A stretch of 64,000 nucleotides of DNA, taken from assembly GCA_964202905.1 (NCBI GenBank), contig CAXNJO010000004.1:448001-512000 (forward strand), written 5' to 3'. Source of the stretch: Polyangiales bacterium (GTDB lineage Bacteria > Myxococcota_A > Polyangia > Polyangiales > JADJQN01). Of this stretch, positions 52,719 to 62,005 are shown in pieces. The notes beneath the pieces are model-generated. The model had not been told where the DNA came from and searched no databases. It saw only the letters and a list, made by a program, of their open reading frames with translations. Every line of letters begins with the position of its first letter. The first letter of the stretch is position 1. The translations under genes were made by a program, and so were the position numbers.

Positions 52719-53392
52719 GCCGCCCCATCGTCGTCGAGCCGTGCAGCGGCTGCGGGAAGCCGCCGCTCCTCTGCGTGTGCGACCGTGTCGTCGTTCACGA
52801 GGAGGTCCGCACGCGCGTGCTCATCCTGCAGCACCCGCAGGAGCCGGACGTGACGCTCGGGACGGTGCCGCTACTGCAGGCCTCGTTGCCGGCGCGTGTG
52901 ACCGTGGAGGTCGGGCTGTCCTGGGCCTCCCTCGCCGATGCGCTCGGCGCGCCGGCCGAGGCTGCCCGTTGGGGTGTGCTCTACCCGATGTCGCTGAAGA
53001 AGCCGCTCGAGCCTGCGGACGCGGCGCGCCCGTTCCTGGTGCTCGATCGGCACGGCGACCCGCGGCCGGTCGGCGCAGAACCGCTGGTCGGGATCGTCGC
53101 GCTCGACGGGACGTGGAGCCAGGGGAAGACGCTCTGGTGGCGCAACCCATGGCTGCTCAAGCTTCCGCGCGTAGTGCTCCATCCCAGCGAACCGGGCATC
53201 TACGGACGCCTGCGGCAGGAGCCGCGGCGCGAGCACGTCTCGACGCTCGAGGCCGTCGCCGACGCGCTGGTCGGCATCGGCGAGCCGCCCGCCGTGCGCG
53301 ACGACCTCCGCCGCCTGATGCGCACGATGGTGCAGCGGGCGCGCGATGCGAAGGCGCGGCGCGCACAGCGCCGACGGCGAAACGACGACTGA
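52715..53392 (+). CDS. DTW-domain tRNA-uridine aminocarboxypropyltransferase (TapT-like)
   Basis: CxxC..CxC N-terminus, LQHPQE, LDGTWSQ, STLEA. Confidence 0.9.
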   Translation: MSRPIVVEPCSGCGKPPLLCVCDRVVVHEEVRTRVLILQHPQEPDVTLGTVPLLQASLPARVTVEVGLSWASLADALGAPAEAARWGVLYPMSLKKPLEPADAARPFLVLDRHGDPRPVGAEPLVGIVALDGTWSQGKTLWWRNPWLLKLPRVVLHPSEPGIYGRLRQEPRREHVSTLEAVADALVGIGEPPAVRDDLRRLMRTMVQRARDAKARRAQRRRRNDD

Positions 53393-53486
53393 CGGCCCGG
53401 CGACGCAGCCCCCCCGCCAAAGGGGCGGCGCCGGGCATCGAACCGCGCAGCACTGCGGCGGGCAGACGCGCCAGGCGCCCGCTGCG

Positions 53487-53984
53487 TCAGCGCTGGCGCA
53501 GGAGCGCCTGAACCTCGCGCTCGAGCGACTCGGCGTCTCCCGCGCGAAATCCGGCGTGGTAATGCCGAACGACGCCGCGTCGGTCGATCACGTACGACGA
53601 GGGCATCGCGGTGCCGCCATAACGCGCCGCCGCGGCCTTGCGCGGGTCGTGCGCGATCAAGAACCCCGCTGGCGTCCGCCGCAAGAACGAGCGGACATTC
53701 GCGACGTCGTTGTCGACGCTCACGCCGACGATGGCGAGGCCTTGCGACGCGTAGGTGCGGTGCAGACGCTCGAGGACCGGGAACTCCTGCCGACACGGCG
53801 CGCACCAGGACGCCCAGAAATCGACGATGACCACCTTCCCGCGCAGCGAGGCGATGCGGACGGGGTTGCCGGCGAGGTCGTTCACCCCGATCTCCGGGGC
53901 GCGCGCCCCGACGTCGACGGCGGACGCGCTCGCGGCAAGCGCGAGCAGGAGGAGCGGCACGAGCACGAGGGGGAGACGACGCAT
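53487..53984 (-). CDS. TlpA-family thiol-disulfide oxidoreductase
   Basis: Signal peptide, DFWASWCAPC, MPSSYVIDRRG. Confidence 0.93.
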   Translation of the reverse strand: MRRLPLVLVPLLLLALAASASAVDVGARAPEIGVNDLAGNPVRIASLRGKVVIVDFWASWCAPCRQEFPVLERLHRTYASQGLAIVGVSVDNDVANVRSFLRRTPAGFLIAHDPRKAAAARYGGTAMPSSYVIDRRGVVRHYHAGFRAGDAESLEREVQALLRQR

Positions 53985-54026
53985 GGCGCGGTGGACGGAG
54001 CGGCGCGGCGGGGATTCACGCATGGC

Positions 54027-54912
54027 TCAGAGCTCCAACTCCTGCCGGAGGTAGTTCGAGAGCTGCGTCGGCGGCTCCGAGAAGTGACGGCCGTTGACGA
54101 AGATCGTCGGCGTTCCCTCGACGTGGACGCGCCGCCCCTCGGCCTTGTCCGCGTCGACCCGCGCCTGCGTGTCGGCCGAGGCCATGTCGGACTTGAAGCG
54201 CTCGAGCTCCAGGCCGAGCTGCACGGCGTAGCGCTCGAGGTCCTCGTCTTCGAGGGCGTCCTGGTGCGCGAACATCAGGTCGTGCATCTCCCAGAACTTC
54301 CCCTGCTTGCCGGCGGCGACGCCCGCACGCGCAGCCGGCAGCGCCCGCGGGTGTTGGTCGAGGGGGTAGTTCTTGAAGACGAGCTTCACGCGCCCCTCGA
54401 ACTCGCGCAGCGTGCGCTCGAGCATCGGCGCGGCGGCGCCGCAATACGGGCACTCGAAGTCGCTGAACTCGACGATCTGCACCGAGGCCATCGGCGCGCC
54501 GCGCACGGGCAGGCCCTCGACGCGGAGCTCGTACTTCGTGTCGCGGCCGTACCGCGCGGTGAAGTGCGCCTCGATCTCGGCGCGCTCGTAGCCCTCGGTC
54601 ACGAGGTGGGCGAGGTATCGGGCGGCAGGCACGCAGCGGTTGCAGCGGCTCGCCGCGTCGGTGGCGCAGCGCGCGACGCTGACGGGCTCGCCACACGGTG
54701 AGAGCAGATCGTTCGTGAGGTCGGCGAACACGCGCTTCTCGGGCGCGGTGAGGTCGCTGAGGTCGACCTGCGGGATCGCCTCGACGCGGGCCTGGGGGGC
54801 TGGCGCGGGCTGGCCCGCAGGCGGATCGACCTTGCCGCCGCAGCTCGCGCCGAGGGAGAAGATCGCCAGGAAGGCCACGGGGACCCAGAGGGGGCGGCGC
54901 GCGCTGTCCATG
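54027..54912 (-). CDS. DsbA-like thioredoxin-fold lipoprotein
   Basis: GASC lipobox, Cys-containing N-domain, EFSDFECPYC, GTPTIFVNG. Confidence 0.92.
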
Positions 54913-54990
54913 TCGGCGCGGATGCTAGCAGGGGCACGCGACCGTGCGGCGATCATTTCACGCCCGACCGACCGCAGCGCGCGGCGCGAC

Positions 54991-55809
54991 TCAAGGGAGC
55001 GGCGCCCCCGCCTGGATCCACGCGACGAGGGTCTCCTTCTCGGCGTCGGTGAGCCCGGCGGCGGGGTCGTCGCGGAGCGCCGGCGGCATCGGGACGCCCG
55101 GCACCGCGGGGTCTCCAAGCACCGCGTAGACGAGATAACTCGTCTCCGGCCGCCCGCGGCCCGCGATGACCTCGACGATGGGCAGCCCGGCGAGCACGGG
55201 CGCACCGGCCCCGCCCTCCGCGCCGAGCGCCCCGGACGCGATCGTGCGTGCAGGGCGGTTCAGCGCCGTCTCGCGGATCCCCGCGGGCGACGAGAGGTCG
55301 AGCCCGAGCGCCGTTGGCCCAGGCCCGTGGCAGCCGCTGCCCGTGCACCGCGCCGCGAAGATCGGCGCGACCTCGGCGTAGCCGGCTGCGGGGGGTGGCG
55401 ACGGGTCGGGACCGGGGTCCGAGCCGGTGCGGAAGGGCACGGTGTGCGGCGCGCGCATGGGCTGGCCGTCGAGGTCTCGCACCCCGTCGAGCACGAGACG
55501 CCAGCCGACGTCCGCTGCGATCGGCGCGTCGTCGAGGGGTACGGCAACGACGGTCCGCGTGAGCACGTCGTACCGCACCGACAGCAGCGCGCGCACCGCG
55601 CCGGATTCGAGACGCACGGTGCCGCGCGACACCGTACGCGGCAGAAGCAGCCGATCGAAGCGCGCCACGAACGGACCGCGACGCAGCACGTCGAGCGCGC
55701 CCTCCTCCGGGGTGGTGTCGAGGACGGATGGCCCGGGGGCGTCCAACGACGGCGGCGCGAGGTCGCAGCCTGCGGCGCACAGGGAGCTCCCCGCGAAGGG
55801 CAACAACAT
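54991..55809 (-). CDS. Lipoprotein with Ig-like domain and putative c-type heme domain (CX4CH)
   Basis: AAGC lipobox, Ig-like segment (VRDLDG..F.TG), IFAARCTGSGCH, MPP, LVAWIQAGA; start uncertain. Confidence 0.65.
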   Translation of the reverse strand: MLLPFAGSSLCAAGCDLAPPSLDAPGPSVLDTTPEEGALDVLRRGPFVARFDRLLLPRTVSRGTVRLESGAVRALLSVRYDVLTRTVVAVPLDDAPIAADVGWRLVLDGVRDLDGQPMRAPHTVPFRTGSDPGPDPSPPPAAGYAEVAPIFAARCTGSGCHGPGPTALGLDLSSPAGIRETALNRPARTIASGALGAEGGAGAPVLAGLPIVEVIAGRGRPETSYLVYAVLGDPAVPGVPMPPALRDDPAAGLTDAEKETLVAWIQAGAPLP

Positions 55810-56003
55810 GGCGGAGAGGACCGTGGCGCCGACGCCGGGGTGACCGCGCGCACGCAACCGCGATGCGGCTCGGCGATCGAAGTTCCCTCCCTGCGCGGGG
55901 CCCGTCCGTGTCGGGGGTGGAAGCGCCGCGGAAGCCGGGGAGCGCCGGTGGGCCAGTTCCGCGCGAAACGCATCGCTGCCCCGCCGGCGCACCCGCCGGG
56001 CCC

Positions 56004-56261
56004 TCAACTCTCGCTGTAGACGCCGAGTTGCTCGCGGAGGGTATCCTCGGTGATCCCGACGCGGATGTACTCGTTGAGGCAATCGGCGACGGTCACGAGC
56101 ATGTCGTCGACGCCCTTGTCCTCGATGAGCTTCGACAGCAGGGCGCGGGCCTCGCGGCTGTCGTCCTCACGCAGGTACTGCCGGACCTTGTCGATCGTGA
56201 TGTCGTCGCCCTGGAAGTCGATGACTGCGTGCTCTAGGAGAAAGCGAACAAGCTCGCGCAC
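56004..56261 (-). CDS. Small acidic helical protein (85 aa)
   Basis: GGAGG RBS, GTG start, MRELVRFLLEHAVIDFQGDD...; it is the end of shadow ORF 56004-57986. Confidence 0.75.
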   Translation of the reverse strand: MRELVRFLLEHAVIDFQGDDITIDKVRQYLREDDSREARALLSKLIEDKGVDDMLVTVADCLNEYIRVGITEDTLREQLGVYSES

Positions 56262-56417
56262 GTAGAGCCTCCGTCGAAGCAGGTGATGGGTCCGGGGGCG
56301 CTTCCCCCACAGCCCGGCGGCCGGACCGGGACACGTTGTAGTCCCCCCCCCTCCGGGCGCGCAAGCGGGAAGTTTTTGTGCGCTCCCCCCGGTCGCACGC
56401 TGGTACGGTCGGCGTCG

Positions 56418-57983
56418 ATGAGCGAAGCCCCCCTCCGCGTGCTCTGCGTGGCCTTTGCCGTCGTCCCGGGTTCGAGCGCGCACTCGCCGGCGATGATGGG
56501 GCTCGCGGCCGCGCTGCACGCGGAGATGGACTTCGTCACGATCAAGGCCGACGCGCTCCCGCACCTCGAGCGCTTCGGGCCGGCACAGATGCTGCGCGTC
56601 CCCGTCGGCGGCGGCTCCGAGAACGCGCAGCGCAGCGCGTTTTCCCGCGCGGTGCGGCGCCAGATCGAGTCCGAGACCTACGACGTCGTGCACGTGCGCG
56701 GGCCGGTCGAGGGCTTGGTCGCGCTCGAGCTGCGCGAGGCCCACGGGCTGAAGGTCGTCTACGAAATGGGCTCGTATCCCGACGAGTCCGACGGACTCGC
56801 GGCCGAGCAGGGCTGGTCCGCCGCGCATCTCCGCTGCCTCGAGGGCGCGGACCGCGTCATCGTGCCGAGCGAGGCCGCGACGCGCTCGAGCGCGGTACGC
56901 GCGCGGGAAAACAAGCTGCACGTCGTGCCGCCCGGCGTCGACGTCGACGCGTACGACTGGCGGCCCACCGGCCGGATCGCGGACCCGACGGGCGCGACGC
57001 GACTGCTCTATCTGGGTTCGTTCGCTGCGGATCGCGACCTCGGCACGCTGCTCGGCGCGGCGCGCGAGGTGGCGCGGCGCACGCCGATCCGCGTGCTGCT
57101 CGCGGGCGAGCCCGACCCTGCGCGGCGGCGGCGCGTGCGGCGCCTCGTGACCGACTTCGGGCTCGAGGGCTTCGTCGAGGTGCGCGGCGAGCCCCCCCCG
57201 CTGCGCGTCCCGAACCTCATCGCCGCCGCGGACGTCTGCCTCGCCCCCGCCGCCGCGACGCCGCGCTTCCAGGAGCACGGGGATGTCCCGCAGCCGCTGC
57301 TCGAGTATTTCGCGGGGCAGCGCGCGGTCATCGCGGCCGGGGTGCCGGCCGTCGGCGAGGTGCTCCGCGACGAGCGCGAGGGGCTGCTCTATTCGCCGAG
57401 CGACGAAGACGCGCTCAGCGAGGCCATCCACGCGCTGATCGAGGACCGCGCGCTCCGCGAGCGCCTCGCGGTCGGCGGGTACGAGCGCGTACGGAACCAG
57501 CTGAGTGCGGGGGCGCGGCGTCGGCGGCTCGTCGAGGTGTACGAGGTCCTCGTGCCGGGCTCGCAACAACGCGATCCGTGGATGACGGGCTTCGACGCGG
57601 AGGGCACAGGGCAATGGGAGCTCCCGCAACTCACCTCGGAGGCGACCGGCCCGCTGCCCGAGCGGACGCGGTCCGGCGCCGAGCCTGCGGGCGGCGGCGA
57701 GCGGGACGCGCAGGAAACGCACGTGCTCCTGGTGCTCGGGTCGCCTGAGTCCTCGCTGCCACCGAGCCTGCTCCCGATGGCCCCGGAACCGGACGACGGC
57801 GGCCGCTTCGACACGAGCCCCGGCGCCGAGGCGCCCGATCTCCCCGGCGCACCCACGATCATCCGCCCGGGCTTCACGGCGGACGAGGCCCCGGCTCCCC
57901 CGCTTGCCCCGCCACCGCCCCCGGGCGCTGCGCGCCCCTTGCCGCCGCCCCCGCCCGCGCCGAAGCCGCGCAGCCGCGCTTGA
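56418..57983 (+). CDS. GT4-family glycosyltransferase with Pro-rich C-terminal extension
   Basis: VVPPGVD, LLYLGS, ADVCLAP, PQPLLEY, GLLY GT-B fold motifs. Confidence 0.85.
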   Translation: MSEAPLRVLCVAFAVVPGSSAHSPAMMGLAAALHAEMDFVTIKADALPHLERFGPAQMLRVPVGGGSENAQRSAFSRAVRRQIESETYDVVHVRGPVEGLVALELREAHGLKVVYEMGSYPDESDGLAAEQGWSAAHLRCLEGADRVIVPSEAATRSSAVRARENKLHVVPPGVDVDAYDWRPTGRIADPTGATRLLYLGSFAADRDLGTLLGAAREVARRTPIRVLLAGEPDPARRRRVRRLVTDFGLEGFVEVRGEPPPLRVPNLIAAADVCLAPAAATPRFQEHGDVPQPLLEYFAGQRAVIAAGVPAVGEVLRDEREGLLYSPSDEDALSEAIHALIEDRALRERLAVGGYERVRNQLSAGARRRRLVEVYEVLVPGSQQRDPWMTGFDAEGTGQWELPQLTSEATGPLPERTRSGAEPAGGGERDAQETHVLLVLGSPESSLPPSLLPMAPEPDDGGRFDTSPGAEAPDLPGAPTIIRPGFTADEAPAPPLAPPPPPGAARPLPPPPPAPKPRSRA

Positions 57984-58018
57984 CACGACGCCCCACGTCG
58001 GGCGAAAGCAGCGGGGCC

Positions 58019-58462
58019 ATGACGATCTCCTCGGCCATCTCGCTCGTCGAGGCCGCGATCCGCGGCCTCGGGCTCGACCCGGCGCGCGCCCGCCTCCCTC
58101 AAGAGGGCGAAGGCGCCCGCTTCGCCCTGCACCGCGGCAGCGCGGAGGTGTTCGTCGTGCTCGCGCCGCCGAGCGACGCCGACCCGGCCGGCACGCTGCG
58201 GATCGTCGCGCCGGTCATCGCCCTGCCGACCGCCGAGCGGCGCCCCGCGCTCTACGAGCGCCTCCTGCGCCTCAACGCGGCCGAGGCCCGCGGCTGCGCG
58301 TTCGCGCTGTCCGGTGAGTCGGTCGTCGTCGTCCACGAGCGCAGCGTGCGCGACCTCGACGCGTCGGAGGTCGATGCAGCGCTGCGCATGGTGGGCGCCG
58401 TCGCCGACCACTTCGACGACGGGCTCGCGCGCGAGTTCGGCGCGGCCCGAGCGCGCGGCTGA
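58019..58462 (+). CDS. YbjN/CesT-like chaperone-fold protein
   Basis: GSAEV, LYERLLRLN, VADHFDDGL. Confidence 0.75.
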   Translation: MTISSAISLVEAAIRGLGLDPARARLPQEGEGARFALHRGSAEVFVVLAPPSDADPAGTLRIVAPVIALPTAERRPALYERLLRLNAAEARGCAFALSGESVVVVHERSVRDLDASEVDAALRMVGAVADHFDDGLAREFGAARARG

Positions 58463-58465
58463 GCG

Positions 58466-59947
58466 ATGCGGCGTACGGCGCGCGGCCTCGGGCGCGCCAG
58501 CGTCGGGTTCGCGCTCGCGCTCGCGCTGCTGACGGTGGGCGGCGCGGCGCGCGCGGACGACGTGCGGGTCGAGTCCGACTCGTCGTTCCAGGCGTACGAG
58601 GTCCGCTCGCCGGGAACGACCGTCTTCCAGACACGGCGCCGCCTCGTCACGACGGCCGGGTTCGGCTGGGCGCGCGCGATCACGGAGACGCCCGCTGACG
58701 ACGGGCGCACGCCACGCCTCACGGCGACCGTGCGCCTTCGCCTGACGCAGGAGTTCGGCGACACCTGCCTCGTCGCGCGGGCGTTGTGCGTGCGCGCCAC
58801 GGACCCCGAGGATCTCGCGGCCTTCCAGCCGCTCGCGCGGGACACGTGGATCGACGTCCCGACGGCCTGGGCGGAGGCCTCGGGGCTGCCCCTCGGGCTC
58901 ACGGTGCGCCTCGGGCGCCAGCTCCACCACGACGTGATGGGCCTGCTCCGCGCAGACGCCCTGCGTGTGCGGGCCGAGCCGTGGGACTCCGTCGCGCTCG
59001 AGGCGCTCGCCGGGCTGATGGTGCGCGACACGAGCCTCGGCGGCTCGCCGGCGTTCGAGCCCATCGGGGCGCCGCGCCTCGACGTCGCCGTCGACCCGTC
59101 GCGCACGCCCTGGGTCGCGCCCGCGCTCACGACGCCGGTCCTGCACGTCGCGCTCGAGCTCGGCCGCACGCCCGTGGTGCGCGCCCGCCTCGCCTTCCGC
59201 GAGGCCCGGGAGCTCGCCGGGACGGACGCCCTCGGCGCGCCGGTGGCAGGCGGCGTCCTCGCGCGCCGCGCGGCGCTCTCGCTCGCCTCGCAGCCGCTCG
59301 ACGCGCTGCGCCTCGAGGCCGACGGCGTGCTCGATCTGCTCGACACGGGCCCCCTCGCGCAGCGCCTCCTCGCCGCGCGCGCCGGCGTCGCGGTGCAGGC
59401 GAGCACGTCCTGGCGCCTCGCCGCGCGCGTGGAGCGGCAGGTGCCGCGCTTCGATCCGGGGTCGATCTGGGCGTATTTCGTCGTCGCGCCCGTCGCCGAG
59501 GCACAACTCGACGCGGCGTGGCAGCGCGGCGATCGGCTCACGCTCGGAACGACGCTGCGCGGTCGGCGCGCGGAGCTCGGCGGAAACGACGGCGAGGACG
59601 TCGATGTCGGGGCCGAGTGGCGGGCGCGCGCGCGGCTCGGGACGCTGCAGCTCGGCGGCTCCGCCTTCGTGTGGAGCGGGAATCTCGGGCCGATGGCGGG
59701 CGTGCTCGTCGACGGCGCCCTGCGCCTGAGCCGCGCGCTGCGCCTCGAGGGCCGCGTCTCGGTGTGGCACTTCGACGACGCGAACCGCCCGGAGTTGTAC
59801 GGCGCGATGGTGAGCGAGGTGCTCGGCGCGCACTGGCAGGTCGGCGACGCGACGACCGCGCTCGTGGAGCTCGAGCACGCGGCGAGCCGCGTCGTGGGGC
59901 ACCGCTTCCGCGCGGTGCTCGCCTTGCGCATCGAGGCGTGGCGATGA
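58466..59947 (+). CDS. Putative outer-membrane beta-barrel protein
   Basis: Signal peptide (ARA-DD), VRLGRQ, many alternating hydrophobic strands, C-terminal strand LALRIEAWR. Confidence 0.65.
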   Translation: MRRTARGLGRASVGFALALALLTVGGAARADDVRVESDSSFQAYEVRSPGTTVFQTRRRLVTTAGFGWARAITETPADDGRTPRLTATVRLRLTQEFGDTCLVARALCVRATDPEDLAAFQPLARDTWIDVPTAWAEASGLPLGLTVRLGRQLHHDVMGLLRADALRVRAEPWDSVALEALAGLMVRDTSLGGSPAFEPIGAPRLDVAVDPSRTPWVAPALTTPVLHVALELGRTPVVRARLAFREARELAGTDALGAPVAGGVLARRAALSLASQPLDALRLEADGVLDLLDTGPLAQRLLAARAGVAVQASTSWRLAARVERQVPRFDPGSIWAYFVVAPVAEAQLDAAWQRGDRLTLGTTLRGRRAELGGNDGEDVDVGAEWRARARLGTLQLGGSAFVWSGNLGPMAGVLVDGALRLSRALRLEGRVSVWHFDDANRPELYGAMVSEVLGAHWQVGDATTALVELEHAASRVVGHRFRAVLALRIEAWR

Positions 59948-61209
59948 CGCCCCCGCGCCCCACGCCTGCACCGCTCCGCCTCCCCGCGTCGCCGCGCGCG
60001 CACGGGGCGCTCCTCGTGCTGGGGCTCGCACTTGCCGCCGCGCTCGGCCTCACGCCGCCGGCGAACGGCCAGCCGCGCCCGCGCCGCGCGAGCGCCGACC
60101 ACGCCGGTCGGAGCGCGATCGTCTATCCGCCCCAGCGCATCGCGCTGCGCATGGACCACGCGCATCCCGCGCACCGCGAGCTGCCGTGCGTGCGTTGCCA
60201 CGCGAGCGCCCCGACGAGCCGCGACGCGCACGATCGCCTCATCCCGGTCGAGTCGAGCTGCAACCCCTGCCACGCCGCACAGACCGAGCGCAGCGCGCCG
60301 GACGCCGCGCGCTGCGGCACGTGCCACGTCGGCTACGGCGCGGATGGGACGCGCGTCGTGCCGGCGTCGTCGTTCCCGTCGCCGCGGCTGCGCTTCTCGC
60401 ACGCGACGCACGCGCGCCTCGGCACCACGTGCGAATCCTGCCACGCGGGCGTGCGCGACGCGCGGCTCGCGACCCGCGATCATCTGCCCGGCATGCGGCA
60501 GTGCCTCACGTGCCACGGCGGCGCCCGCAGCGATGGCACGCGCGCGCCCGGCGCCACGCCCACGCGCACCGCGCCCGACGCGTGCGAAACCTGCCACCTC
60601 ACCGAGCCCGACGGCGTGCTCCGGACGCGCTTCCCTGAGGGGACGCTCACGCCGCCCGACTGGCTGCTCGGCATGGGCCACGACGCGGACTGGATCGTGC
60701 GTCACCGCTGGGTCGGCGCCGATCAGGGCGCCGCGTGCGCCTCGTGCCACCGCGAGTCCGAGTGCGCGGACTGCCACGACGGTCGCGTGCGACCGCGCGC
60801 GATTCACCCCAACGATTACCTCACGATCCACCCGCAGGAGGCGCGGCGCGAGCCCACCCGCTGCGCGTCGTGCCACACCACGCAGCGCTTCTGCACCGAG
60901 TGCCACGCGCGCCTCGGCCTCGCTTCGATCGCAGCGCCCGCCGTGCGCGAGACGGGGCGCTACCACCCGCCCCCCGCGGCCTGGGAGCGCGCGCACGGCC
61001 TCGAGGCCAAGCGCTCGCTGAACGCCTGCGTGAGCTGCCACGCCGAGCGCGACTGCGTCGGCTGCCACGGCGCGATCGGGGTCGGCGGGGGCCTCTCGCC
61101 CCACCCGCCCGGCTTCGCGGCGCGATGCGCGTCCCTGCTCGCGGCGAACCCGCGCGCCTGCGTGACGTGCCATGGCGACGTCGGCGCCCTCGAACCGCGC
61201 TGCCGCTGA
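59944..61209 (+). CDS. Periplasmic multiheme cytochrome c (13 CxxCH)
   Basis: ATGA overlap; hydrophobic signal; CVRCH, CNPCH, CGTCH, CESCH, CLTCH, CETCH, CASCH, CADCH, CASCH, CTECH, CVSCH, CVGCH, CVTCH. Confidence 0.93.
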   Translation: MTPPRPTPAPLRLPASPRAHGALLVLGLALAAALGLTPPANGQPRPRRASADHAGRSAIVYPPQRIALRMDHAHPAHRELPCVRCHASAPTSRDAHDRLIPVESSCNPCHAAQTERSAPDAARCGTCHVGYGADGTRVVPASSFPSPRLRFSHATHARLGTTCESCHAGVRDARLATRDHLPGMRQCLTCHGGARSDGTRAPGATPTRTAPDACETCHLTEPDGVLRTRFPEGTLTPPDWLLGMGHDADWIVRHRWVGADQGAACASCHRESECADCHDGRVRPRAIHPNDYLTIHPQEARREPTRCASCHTTQRFCTECHARLGLASIAAPAVRETGRYHPPPAAWERAHGLEAKRSLNACVSCHAERDCVGCHGAIGVGGGLSPHPPGFAARCASLLAANPRACVTCHGDVGALEPRCR

Positions 61210-61251
61210 GCCCGCGACGCGATCCGCGCGACGCGTCGGTTCCCGGGTCGG

Positions 61252-61860
61252 CTACGAACGGCCGCGCAGGGACACCACGCCGCGGCGCTCCCCGCGCAGG
61301 AGCGCACCGAGCGCCACCTCGAGCCCCTCGGGCGCCCCCTCGACGACGCGCCCCACCTCGACGCCGCCGCGCCGCACGATGAAGGTCGGCACGTAGCGCA
61401 CGGAGAGCCCGTCGAGCGCGCCCCCCGGCGCCTCCTTCGCGCGGTCGACCGCGACGAACCGCACCGCGAACGGCACCTCCCCCGCGACCTCGAGCGCCCG
61501 CCACAGCCGCGGCACCTCGCGCCGGCTGTCGCCGCACCAGGTGCCGAGGACGACGACGACCTCCGCGCCGGGCGGCACGCGCGCGAGCGCCGCCGCAGCC
61601 GTCGCGTCCACCTGCGCCCCGGCACGCTCGGCGGCCCAAGCCGGCACCGCCGCCTCGATCGCCGCGCGGGTCGTCGGCCCGACGAGCACGCCTGGCGAGG
61701 CGCTCGCGACGTCCGACGACGGCGCGGGCGACGACGGCGCGGGCGACGACGACACGGGCGACGACGGCGCGGGCGACGACGACGGCGTCGACGCAGACCG
61801 CGACGCACCACCGCACGCGGGGAGAAGCAGCGCAACGAGGACGATCGGGGCAGCGCGCAT
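61252..61860 (-). CDS. Thioredoxin-fold lipoprotein with CxxS active site
   Basis: LPAC lipobox, SSPAP repeats, GTWCGDS, VPTFI..GRVVE. Confidence 0.85.
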   Translation of the reverse strand: MRAAPIVLVALLLPACGGASRSASTPSSSPAPSSPVSSSPAPSSPAPSSDVASASPGVLVGPTTRAAIEAAVPAWAAERAGAQVDATAAAALARVPPGAEVVVVLGTWCGDSRREVPRLWRALEVAGEVPFAVRFVAVDRAKEAPGGALDGLSVRYVPTFIVRRGGVEVGRVVEGAPEGLEVALGALLRGERRGVVSLRGRS

Positions 61861-62005
61861 GGGCCGCCAGTATCGCTGCGCCGCGCGGCCAAGGGGAGCG
61901 TTTGTCCGCGCCGGGTCGCTCTCCGTCGCGTCGTGGCCAGCGCGCGCCGCCTGCAGCCCCGCGCCCGTTGCGCCCGGCGCGCGGCTTCGGCATCGTCCGC
62001 GTGTC

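Noticed and set aside
55860..56000. Possible structured RNA or riboswitch upstream of the CX4CH lipoprotein
   Set aside because: GC-rich stems are possible, but I recognise no conserved motif; needs an Infernal/Rfam scan.
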